Assembly: GCF_943846705.1 (NCBI RefSeq)
Contig: NZ_OX044366.1
Location: forward strand, 1,626,996-1,690,995
Length of the DNA stretch: 64,000 nucleotides
Reading direction: 5' to 3'
DNA from: an uncultured Pseudomonas sp.
GTDB taxonomy: Bacteria; Pseudomonadota; Gammaproteobacteria; Pseudomonadales; Pseudomonadaceae
In this document: one piece after another, positions 43,238 to 51,304 of the stretch
How the letters are laid out: each line of letters begins with the position of its first letter
Position numbering within the stretch: the stretch's first letter is position 1
Made by a program: the position numbers and the translations under genes
Notes under the pieces: generated by a model
What the model saw: the letters and a program-made list of their open reading frames with translations, nothing else
What the model was told of the DNA's origin: nothing
Database searches by the model: none

Positions 43238-44338
43238 ATGCTGAAAACATCCCGCGCGCTGTTATTGCTTGGTCTGCTCGGTAGCAGCCTGGCGCACGCC
43301 ATGGATTACCGCATTGAAACTGTCACCACTGGGCTGGAGCATCCCTGGTCAATGGCCTTCCTGCCGGATGGACGCATGCTGGTGACCGAGCGGGTCGGCC
43401 GCCTGCGCATTATTCAGGCGGACGGCCGCCTTAATCCACAGCCGGTTGCTGGTCTGCCCGCAGCCTTTGTCGCCGCTCAGGCGGGGCTGATGGAGGTCAT
43501 GCTTGACCCGCAATTCGCCAGCAATCAGCAGCTCTACCTGAGCTACGCCTACGGCACCGCCGAGGCCAACAACACCCGTCTGGCCAAGGCGCGCCTGGTT
43601 GATGGGCAGTTGCAGGATGTCACGGTGCTGTTCAGCGCATTGCCGGCTAAAAAAGGTGCCGCGCATTACGGCGGGCGCATGGCCTTTCTCCCGGATAACA
43701 CCCTGGTGCTGACCTTGGGCGATGGTTTTGACTGGCGTGAGCAGGCGCAAAATACCCGCAACCACCTCGGTAAAATCGTCCGGCTGAACCGCGATGGCAG
43801 CATTCCCCAGGACAATCCGCTGGTTGGCCAGGCGGGTGCCGCAGCGGAAATTTACAGCTGGGGGCATCGCAATGTGCAGGGCATCGTCTATGACCCGCAG
43901 TTGCAGCGCCTTTACAGCCATGAGCACGGCCCGCGCGGTGGTGATGAGCTGAACCTGATTACGCCGGGCAACAACTATGGCTGGCCGCTGATCACCTACG
44001 GCGTTGACTACAGCGGTGCGCAGATCTCGCCCTACACCGAGCTGCCAGGCTTGCAACAACCGTTGCTGCACTGGACGCCCTCGGTGGCGCCGTCGAGCCT
44101 GAGCCAGTACCGCGGTGCGTTGTTTCCACAGTGGCAGGGCGACCTGTTCGCCTCGACCCTGGCCGAACGCAGTGTGCGGCGCATCCGTCTGCAGAACGGC
44201 AAGTTAGCGGGGCAGGAGGTGTTGTTTGAGGAGCTGGGCGAGCGTATACGCGATGTCCGCGGCGGTCCGGATGGCGCGCTGTATTTGCTGACCGACAACC
44301 CTGAAGGGCGTTTGCTGCGCGTTGTCCCGAGCCAGTAG
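43238..44338 (+). CDS. PQQ-dependent soluble aldose sugar dehydrogenase (YliI/Asd-like beta-propeller)
   Basis: 366 aa. Signal peptide and GLEHPWSMAFLPDGRMLVTERVGRLRII. Confidence 0.85.
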   Translation: MLKTSRALLLLGLLGSSLAHAMDYRIETVTTGLEHPWSMAFLPDGRMLVTERVGRLRIIQADGRLNPQPVAGLPAAFVAAQAGLMEVMLDPQFASNQQLYLSYAYGTAEANNTRLAKARLVDGQLQDVTVLFSALPAKKGAAHYGGRMAFLPDNTLVLTLGDGFDWREQAQNTRNHLGKIVRLNRDGSIPQDNPLVGQAGAAAEIYSWGHRNVQGIVYDPQLQRLYSHEHGPRGGDELNLITPGNNYGWPLITYGVDYSGAQISPYTELPGLQQPLLHWTPSVAPSSLSQYRGALFPQWQGDLFASTLAERSVRRIRLQNGKLAGQEVLFEELGERIRDVRGGPDGALYLLTDNPEGRLLRVVPSQ

Positions 44339-44363
44339 GCGTGTGCTCCTGTGGCGCTAAAAG

Positions 44364-44419
44364 CTGCCCCCTGCCCCCTGCCCCCTGCCCCCTGGGCCGT
44401 GCGGCTTGCGGCTTGCGGC
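44364..44419. repeat. Compound microsatellite (CTGCCCC)x4 followed by (GCGGCTT)x2.7; the minus strand reads G5-CA-G5-CA-G5-CA-G5
   Basis: Read directly: ctgcccc x4 at 44364-44391, then gcggctt gcggctt gcggc at 44401-44419. It is intergenic, between the PQQ dehydrogenase gene and the ygjP-like gene. Confidence 0.95.
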
Positions 44420-44456
44420 ATAATCGTCGGCCTTATTGTGCCCTGACACAGCGATC

Positions 44457-44975
44457 ATGACCCCGCTTAAATACCTGCAAGCCTACCCCGCCGCGCTGCA
44501 AGAGAAGATCCGCCAGCTGATCGCCGAGCAGCGCCTGGGTGATTACCTGGCGCGCTCCTACAGCGGCCGGCACAACATCCAGAGTGACAAGGCGCTGTAC
44601 GCCTATATCCAGGGGCTCAAGCAGGAGCACCTGCGCAATGCCCCGGCCATCGACAAAGTGCTCTATGACAATCGCCTCGACCTGACGCACCGCGCCCTCG
44701 GCCTGCACACGGCAATCTCGCGGGTGCAGGGTGGCAAGCTCAAGGCGAAGAAGGAAATACGCGTGGCCTCGTTGTTCCGTGAGGCGGCGCCGGAGTTTCT
44801 GCAGATGATCGTGGTGCACGAGTTGGCGCACCTGAAGGAGGCCGAGCACAACAAGGCCTTTTACAAGCTGTGCGAACACATGCTCCCCGGCTACCACCAG
44901 CTGGAGTTCGACCTGCGGGTTTATCTGACGTGGCGCGAGTTGCCCGGCACGGCCGGTACGCTTCTAGCCCCGTAG
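44457..44975 (+). CDS. YgjP/DUF45-like metal-dependent hydrolase (HExxH)
   Basis: ORF-track 44436 trimmed to ATG 44457 (172 aa). It carries an HELAHL zinc-binding-type motif. No clear SD. Confidence 0.7.
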   Translation: MTPLKYLQAYPAALQEKIRQLIAEQRLGDYLARSYSGRHNIQSDKALYAYIQGLKQEHLRNAPAIDKVLYDNRLDLTHRALGLHTAISRVQGGKLKAKKEIRVASLFREAAPEFLQMIVVHELAHLKEAEHNKAFYKLCEHMLPGYHQLEFDLRVYLTWRELPGTAGTLLAP

Positions 44976-45197
44976 CATTAGGTTGAGCTGATCAACCACC
45001 TCGGCCCAGTCGGCATCTTCACTAATCTCCTCGCGCAGAAAGGCCGCCTGGGCTTTATCCCAGAACGGTGCGTCGGCGAGTTTGCAGCCTTCTGCCAGAG
45101 GTGAGTGTTGCTCGACAAAACGCTCGATGGCGGCTTCGTCATTCGCCAGGCCGAGTTGTTTGAACAGGCTGGCAAGGTCATGCGTCTGTGGGTACAT
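44964..45197 (-). CDS. DUF2789-like small protein
   Basis: 77 aa (MYPQTHDLASLFKQLGLANDEAAIERFVEQH...). The 3' end overlaps the ygjP-like 3' end by 12 nt. Confidence 0.65.
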   Translation of the reverse strand: MYPQTHDLASLFKQLGLANDEAAIERFVEQHSPLAEGCKLADAPFWDKAQAAFLREEISEDADWAEVVDQLNLMLRG

Positions 45198-45245
45198 GGT
45201 GGTCTCCTGAGGGTGTGCGGGGCGGCCCTTAAGTTATAGCCGCTT

Positions 45246-45728
45246 TCAGTCGACCGAGAGAATCTCCAACAGTTGCACGCCGCTGGCCACGCGCAGGGTG
45301 ACCTCGTCGCCGACACCCTTGCCGAGCAAAATCTGCCCCAGCGGTGCGTGCGGGCCAATGACCTGCACCACCCGGCCGTCTTGCTGCAGCTTCATGGCCG
45401 CACCGTCCGGGCCGAGGAACAGGCACTGACGCCTGTCCTCGTCGTCACTCAGCTCGATCAGTGCGCCGAGTTGAATGCCCAGCTGCGGGTCAAAGCTGCG
45501 CAGCACCAGTTGCTTCCAGTTCGCCAGCGTCTGACGAATGGCCGCCGCCCGGCGGGCTTGCCCGGTAGCCAGGTAGGACGCCTCCAGGCCGAGGGTGTCG
45601 TATTTGTTTTCGGCGATGTTCTCTTTGGCGGTGGCCGTCTCGTAGGCGGTCAATGCCGCCTGCTGGGCTTGTAAACGGTCATCCTCGAGGCGGCTGAGCA
45701 CCTGTTGTAGCAGTTCAGTCTTGTTCAT
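45246..45728 (-). CDS. GreA/GreB-family protein (Gre C-terminal domain with N-terminal coiled coil)
   Basis: ORF-track 45806 trimmed to ATG 45728 (160 aa). C-terminal VIGPHAPLGQILLGKGVGDEVTL. Confidence 0.7.
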   Translation of the reverse strand: MNKTELLQQVLSRLEDDRLQAQQAALTAYETATAKENIAENKYDTLGLEASYLATGQARRAAAIRQTLANWKQLVLRSFDPQLGIQLGALIELSDDEDRRQCLFLGPDGAAMKLQQDGRVVQVIGPHAPLGQILLGKGVGDEVTLRVASGVQLLEILSVD

Positions 45729-45813
45729 GGCGGGCACTTTTCGGGCAGGCCTGCAGGGTAGCGGAAAAGCGCGAGTGCCGGGCCGTGTTCCTGCGCGAGG
45801 CAGCATTGGCGGA

Positions 45814-47991
45814 TCAGCGCTGATGCTCGCCCTTGAGCAGGTGCGCAGCGAGGGTGCGCAGTGGCCCGAGCTGCCGGCAAATCAGCGCCAACTGGGTCTG
45901 CAGCAGCCGCTGCTGATCATCCAGGTTGTCGCTGAGTTGCTCCAGTTCGCTGGCCAGTTGCTCCTCGGCATCGCTGTGAATCGCCACCGGGCGTTGCTCA
46001 TACAGGCAGGCGGCGATCTCCTCGAGGCTGGCGGTCAGCTGGCTGGCACTGGCCAGTAGCGGGTGCTCACTGCTGCTCAAACTGGTTTCACCGCGGTGCG
46101 CGCCGAGGCCCGAGAGATAACTCAGAAGGGTGTGCGACAGCACCAGAAAGCGGAAGCCAATATCCGCCTCCTTACGAAAATGCCCAGGCTCCATCAGCAT
46201 ATTGCCCAGTGCGGTCGACAGCGTGGCGTCGGCGTTGTGCGCGTTACGTCGGGCCAGGCGATAGGCCAGGTCGTCGCGCTTGCCGCTGGCGTACTGCTGG
46301 ATGATCTGCTGCAGGTAACGGCTGTTGCAGCTGAGGGTGTTGGCCAACAGACGATTGAGGCGGCGGCCTTGCCAGTCCGGCAGGATCAACAGCACCGCCA
46401 GGCCAGCGATCAGACTACCCAGCAGGGTGTCGACCAGGCGTGGAATAAACAGGCCATAACCATTACCGACCTGATTGAAACAGAACAGTACCAGCAGGGT
46501 GATGGCGGCCGTGGCCAGGGTGTAGCGGCTGTTGCGCAGGGCAAAGAACGCCACCCCGGCGACCACTGCAAACAGCGCCTGCACCAGTGGGCTGGGGAAC
46601 AGGTCGAACAGCGCCCAGCCGAGCAGCAGGCCGAGCACGGTGCCGCTGATACGCTGCACCAATTTGCGCCGGGTCGCGCCGTAATTCGGCTGGCAGACGA
46701 ACAGTGTGGTCAGCAGAATCCAGTAGCCCTGGGTGGGGTGAATCCAGTGCAGTACGCCGTAGCCGGCGGCTAGCGCGATGGACAGACGCAGGGCGTGGCG
46801 AAACAGCAGTGAGGTGGGGGTCAGCTGCAAGCGCAGGCGCTCCCAGACATCCTTGAGTGATTGCGGCTCGCGGTCGAGCAGGCTGCTGTCCTGCTCTTCG
46901 GCCATGGCGTCGGGGTTACTGGCATTGCCCAGCAGCACATCCAGGCTGCGCAGGTTGCCGGCTAATGCGCCGAGCGAACGCAACAAGTGACGCCAGGCCG
47001 GGTTGCTCTGCAGGCGCAGGTGTTCGAGGGAGTCGTGCAGGTCGGTCAACGCCTGGCGACACAGCTCGCGGTATTCGAACGGTTGGCGCAACTCGATGGC
47101 CTGGGCGAGACGCTGGCAGGCCTCGCCATGCAAGCGCAGCAGACGTTGGCAGCGAAACAGCACATCACTGTGGAAGAACGCCTCGGCCAGCTCGTTATAG
47201 GGGTAGTGCGAGGAGCTGGCGCGTTCGTGGATGTCCTGAGCGAGGAAGTACAGCTTCAGGTAGCGGCTGACCTTAGGCCCAGGCCGGCCATTGCCGACGC
47301 GGTGCAGGATGATTTCCTTGGCGGCGTTAAGCGCCGCCACCACGCGACCGTTTTGTTTGGCCAGGGCCAGGCGGCGCTCTTCCACATCCAGTTGGCGCAA
47401 GGGTTCGAACAGCGCTGCCTTGAGCTTGAGGTACTGACCCAGCTCGCGAAACAGCCGGGCCAGGCTGTGCTGCACCGGCTGGTTGGCAAATAGCGCATTC
47501 CACAGCACCGACAGCACGCCATACCAGGCTGCTCCGGCGACCAGCAGCAGCGGCTCTTGCCACAGGCCGGCCGCGCCGCCGCGTTGCTCCACGCCAATCA
47601 TGCTGTACACCGCGAGAATCAAGGTCGCTGAGCCGAGGGTGGCGTAGCGTTCGCCGAGCGCGCCAAGCATGGTCAGGGCAAAACTGGCCAATGCCAGCGC
47701 GATGACGAACAGCCAGGGGTAGGCGAACAGGAACTCCACCGTATAGGCCGCCGCGCTGAAGCAGCCGAGGGTCACCAGCAGCGCCCCCAGGCGGCCTTGC
47801 CAGCTGTCATCGGTTTCCGCCAGGGCGCTGGCGATCACCCCGAGAAACAGCGGAATCAGCGCATGCATCCAGTCCTGCGACCAGCACAGCAGCAGCGCCC
47901 CGCTGAGGGCGATAAATACCCGCAGGCTGTAGCTGAATTTGTCCTGCGCCCAAAGGCGGCGCAGCGAATGGCGGAGCGAAGGTGACGACAT
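45814..47991 (-). CDS. yccS: YccS/YhfK-family (FUSC-like) integral membrane protein
   Basis: ORF-track 48177 trimmed to ATG 47991 (725 aa). Two TM bundles are separated by long helical cytoplasmic regions. Confidence 0.8.
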   Translation of the reverse strand: MSSPSLRHSLRRLWAQDKFSYSLRVFIALSGALLLCWSQDWMHALIPLFLGVIASALAETDDSWQGRLGALLVTLGCFSAAAYTVEFLFAYPWLFVIALALASFALTMLGALGERYATLGSATLILAVYSMIGVEQRGGAAGLWQEPLLLVAGAAWYGVLSVLWNALFANQPVQHSLARLFRELGQYLKLKAALFEPLRQLDVEERRLALAKQNGRVVAALNAAKEIILHRVGNGRPGPKVSRYLKLYFLAQDIHERASSSHYPYNELAEAFFHSDVLFRCQRLLRLHGEACQRLAQAIELRQPFEYRELCRQALTDLHDSLEHLRLQSNPAWRHLLRSLGALAGNLRSLDVLLGNASNPDAMAEEQDSSLLDREPQSLKDVWERLRLQLTPTSLLFRHALRLSIALAAGYGVLHWIHPTQGYWILLTTLFVCQPNYGATRRKLVQRISGTVLGLLLGWALFDLFPSPLVQALFAVVAGVAFFALRNSRYTLATAAITLLVLFCFNQVGNGYGLFIPRLVDTLLGSLIAGLAVLLILPDWQGRRLNRLLANTLSCNSRYLQQIIQQYASGKRDDLAYRLARRNAHNADATLSTALGNMLMEPGHFRKEADIGFRFLVLSHTLLSYLSGLGAHRGETSLSSSEHPLLASASQLTASLEEIAACLYEQRPVAIHSDAEEQLASELEQLSDNLDDQQRLLQTQLALICRQLGPLRTLAAHLLKGEHQR

Positions 47992-48023
47992 CAAACAGTG
48001 GCCTTGAGCATGCAGCGTACGAG

Positions 48024-48067
48024 GAAGACTGCAGAAGACTAATGCAATACACGGCTGCAATACACGG
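48024..48067 (+). repeat. Two sets of tandem direct repeats in the yccS/nfeD divergent promoter region
   Basis: GAAGACT at 48024-48030 and 48034-48040 (period 10). TGCAATACACGG at 48043-48054 and 48056-48067 (period 13). Confidence 0.85.
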
Positions 48068-48191
48068 GCCACGCTGCATCGTGCCGCGGAAATACCAGTC
48101 AGCGCCTGCTGCGCTCGGTGAGACCCGCATGGGCTACGCTCAGTTAAGACAGCCGTGCCCCGCGAGCGGGGCTTCACGCTTGGAGGCTGTC

Positions 48192-49625
48192 ATGGAGAGG
48201 CCTGTGAATCTTGCCGCGACCCTGGCGTTGCTACGCCACCTGTGTCTCGCCCTGGCTCTGCTACTGGTGCCGGCTTGGCTGAGTGCGACGCCAGCTGCGG
48301 TGGTCGAGCTGCGAGTCGAGGGCGTGATCGGCCCGGCCAGCGCCGATTATGTGGTGCGCGGCCTCGCGCAGGCGGTAGAGGAGGGGGCGCAGTTGGTGGT
48401 GTTGAGCATCGACACCCCGGGCGGCCTGGACAGCTCGATGCGCGACATCATCAAGGCGATCCTCGCCAGCCCGCTTCCAGTGGCCAGCTATGTCGCCCCT
48501 AGCGGTGCCCGCGCCGCCAGCGCCGGTACCTATATCCTCTATGCCAGCCATATTGCGGCGATGGCCCCCGGCACCAACCTGGGGGCGGCGACCCCGGTGC
48601 AGATCGGCGGCATGCCCAGTGCACCATCGCCACAGCCGAACCCGCCCGAGGCGAGTAAGGAGCGCGAGTCGGCCGAGCGGCCGTCAACGGGCGAAAACAG
48701 CAGCGCGCCTAGCGACACCTTGAGTAAAAAGCAGATTAACGATGCCGCGGCCTATATTCGCGGCCTGGCACAGATGCGCGGACGCAATGTCGAGTGGGCC
48801 GAGCAGGCCGTGCGCGAGGCGGTCAGCTTGTCCGCAGAGGAAGCCCTGCAACTCAAGGTGGTTGACTACCTGGCCAACGACCTGGCGCAGCTGCTCAAAC
48901 AGCTGCACGGCAAATCCTTCACCGCTGCCGGCGTCAAAGTCACCCTGGATACCGAAGGTGCACTGCTTGTGACCCATGCACCCGACTGGCGCACGCGACT
49001 ACTGGCGGTGATTACTAATCCCAGCGTGGCGCTGATGCTGATGATGATCGGCATTTATGGCTTGTTCTTCGAGTTCTCCAATCCAGGCACTGGGGTCGGT
49101 GGTGTGCTGGGCGGCATCTGCCTGATCCTGGCGCTCTATTCATTGCAGTTGCTGCCCGTTAACTACGCCGGTGTGGCGTTGATTCTGCTGGGTATCGCCT
49201 TTATCGCTGCCGAGGCTTTTCTGCCCAGTTTCGGTGTGCTGGGTATTGGCGGGATCGTGGCGTTCAGCTTTGGTGCGTTGATTCTGATCGACACCGATGT
49301 GCCGGGCTTCGGCATCCCGCTGCTGCTGATCCTGACCCTGGCGCTGACCAGTGCGCTGGTGATTTTCGCCATATTGAGCATGGCCATACGCGCCAGGCGC
49401 AGTGCTCTGGTTAGCGGTGATGGCGAGTTGCTCGGCAGCCTGGTGCGGATTAACACGGTCACGGCGGATAACGCCCTACGCGGCTCGGTGCACCTGCAGG
49501 GCGAAACGTGGCAAGTGATCAGTCAGGCGCCGTTACAGCCCGGTCAGCAGGTCCGGGTGTTGGCGCGTAAAGGCCTAATGCTGGAGGTGTCTGCGGCTGA
49601 AGGCATCTCGCCTACAGGAGAATAA
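48192..49625 (+). CDS. NfeD-family membrane-bound ClpP-class serine protease
   Basis: ORF-track 47982 trimmed to ATG 48192 (TGGAGG 5 nt upstream; 477 aa). ClpP-like block [11 protein letters not shown], a TM bundle and a C-terminal OB-fold-like tail. Confidence 0.85.
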   Translation: MERPVNLAATLALLRHLCLALALLLVPAWLSATPAAVVELRVEGVIGPASADYVVRGLAQAVEEGAQLVVLSIDTPGGLDSSMRDIIKAILASPLPVASYVAPSGARAASAGTYILYASHIAAMAPGTNLGAATPVQIGGMPSAPSPQPNPPEASKERESAERPSTGENSSAPSDTLSKKQINDAAAYIRGLAQMRGRNVEWAEQAVREAVSLSAEEALQLKVVDYLANDLAQLLKQLHGKSFTAAGVKVTLDTEGALLVTHAPDWRTRLLAVITNPSVALMLMMIGIYGLFFEFSNPGTGVGGVLGGICLILALYSLQLLPVNYAGVALILLGIAFIAAEAFLPSFGVLGIGGIVAFSFGALILIDTDVPGFGIPLLLILTLALTSALVIFAILSMAIRARRSALVSGDGELLGSLVRINTVTADNALRGSVHLQGETWQVISQAPLQPGQQVRVLARKGLMLEVSAAEGISPTGE

Positions 49626-49627
49626 CC

Positions 49628-50380
49628 ATGGGTTTCGAGCTGAGTTTTGTCGCTGTGGCGGTGCTGGTCATCGCCCTGCTGGTCTCGGCATTTCGCATCC
49701 TGCGTGAATACGAACGCGGTGTGGTGTTTATGCTGGGGCGGTTCTGGCGGGTCAAAGGCCCGGGCCTGATCATCATCATTCCAGGCATTCAACAGATGGT
49801 CCGCGTCGATCTACGGACCATCGTGCTGGATGTGCCGACCCAGGACGTGATCACCCGGGATAACGTCTCGGTCAAGGTCAATGCCGTGGTGTACTTTCGC
49901 GTGCTCGACCCACAGAAGGCCATCATTCAGGTCGAGGACTACCTCAAGGCGACTAGCCAACTGGCCCAGACCACGTTGCGTGCGGTGCTCGGCAAGCATG
50001 AGTTGGACGAACTGCTCGCCGAGCGCGAGCGGCTTAACGTTGATATTCAGCATGTGCTGGATGCGCAGACCGATGCCTGGGGCATCAAGGTGGCCAATGT
50101 CGAGATCAAGCATGTTGACCTTGATGAGTCGATGATTCGCGCCATCGCCAAGCAGGCCGAGGCCGAGCGTGAGCGGCGGGCCAAGATCATTCACGCCGAG
50201 GGTGAACTGCAGGCCTCGGAAAAACTCATGCAGGCGGCGGAGATGCTCGGTCGCCAATCCGGGGCCATGCAGTTGCGCTACATGCAGACCCTGAGCAACA
50301 TCGCCGGCGACAAGAGCTCGACCATCGTCTTCCCGTTGCCGATCGAGCTGTTGCAAGGAATCAAGACGCCAACATCCTAA
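49628..50380 (+). CDS. SPFH/band-7 (stomatin-like, slipin) protein
   Basis: 250 aa, 2 nt after nfeD. N-terminal TM helix followed by an SPFH domain ([16 protein letters not shown]...). Confidence 0.9.
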   Translation: MGFELSFVAVAVLVIALLVSAFRILREYERGVVFMLGRFWRVKGPGLIIIIPGIQQMVRVDLRTIVLDVPTQDVITRDNVSVKVNAVVYFRVLDPQKAIIQVEDYLKATSQLAQTTLRAVLGKHELDELLAERERLNVDIQHVLDAQTDAWGIKVANVEIKHVDLDESMIRAIAKQAEAERERRAKIIHAEGELQASEKLMQAAEMLGRQSGAMQLRYMQTLSNIAGDKSSTIVFPLPIELLQGIKTPTS

Positions 50381-50548
50381 GCGTCCTCGCCTTGTGTCGA
50401 GGTTGTATTTCAGGGCGGTTAGGTTCTCAATTCGGCCGGTGATCCCTCTGCGGCCTGAAACCCTCAGTCGCCTCGGCGGCGCAGTGAGCGGGCTGCTTTT
50501 TCTGGCGCGACAGCGGAGTCGTTCGGCTCCACTGCAATGGAGATATGC

Positions 50549-51244
50549 ATGCGTGAACTATTTGAGCTGCGCGGGGCCGACCCCGAGCTGCTGTTTTCCC
50601 CCTATTGCTGGCGCGTACGCCTGGCGCTGCTGCACAAGGGGCTGGACTTTCACAGTCGGCCGCTGCGCTTTATCGACAAGGAGCCGTTGAGCTGCTCGGG
50701 GCAGCAGCAGGTGCCGGTGCTGCGTGATGGCGACAGCGTGGTGCATGACAGCGTGGCGATCTTTCAGTACTTGGATCGCGCCTATCCTGAGCGTCCCTTG
50801 CTGGGCGAGGGAACTGCGCTGAGTCGCGCACGCTTGCTTGAGCGCCTGGTGTTTCAGGCAATGCGCAGGCCTTTGCTGAAGATCCTCGTGGTGCAGGTGC
50901 ACGCGGTGATCGATGAGGCAGACAAAGACTATTTCCGCAGCACTCGCGAGAAGGCGTTGGGCGCTACGCTGGAGGCTTTCGCCGATCCCGAGGCGGGCAC
51001 TGTGCAGCTACGCCAAGCCATCGCGCCGCTGGAAGCCTGGCTGGGCGAGCAGCTCTACCTGGACGGCGACAGCGCAGGCGGCAGCGATTACCTAGTCGGT
51101 GGCCTGTTCTTCTGGGCCTGGTGCCTGGGCACCCAGCCCTGGGAAACGGATTCCAACGTGGGGGCCTGGTTCCAGCGCCTGCTGACCCACTACCAGCGTG
51201 CGTGCGGGCCGGTTAAGCGCGCTTCGGCATTAGCCCAAGGCTGA
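50549..51244 (+). CDS. Glutathione S-transferase family protein
   Basis: ATG 50549 preferred over 50537 (GGAG 6 nt upstream). 231 aa with a thioredoxin-like N-domain (SPYCWRVRLAL...VPVL). Confidence 0.75.
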   Translation: MRELFELRGADPELLFSPYCWRVRLALLHKGLDFHSRPLRFIDKEPLSCSGQQQVPVLRDGDSVVHDSVAIFQYLDRAYPERPLLGEGTALSRARLLERLVFQAMRRPLLKILVVQVHAVIDEADKDYFRSTREKALGATLEAFADPEAGTVQLRQAIAPLEAWLGEQLYLDGDSAGGSDYLVGGLFFWAWCLGTQPWETDSNVGAWFQRLLTHYQRACGPVKRASALAQG

Positions 51245-51260
51245 TGCCGGTGTCTTAAGC

Positions 51261-51304
51261 GCTGCTGCTGGTCTGGCCGCTAAAGCGGCCAGACCAGCAG
51301 CAGC
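51261..51304. terminator. Perfect 20-bp-stem hairpin at the convergent GST/SLC13 junction (no U-run)
   Basis: GCTGCTGCTGGTCTGGCCGC-taaa-GCGGCCAGACCAGCAGCAGC. The right arm encodes the last seven codons (LLLLVWP-L) of the SLC13-type gene. That gene's stop codon spans the arm/loop boundary. Confidence 0.55.

Noticed and set aside
49628-50380. Whether the NfeD/SPFH pair represents something novel.
   Set aside because: It is the standard, widely conserved nfeD-stomatin operon arrangement (2-nt gap), and I saw nothing unusual in its domain order or context.
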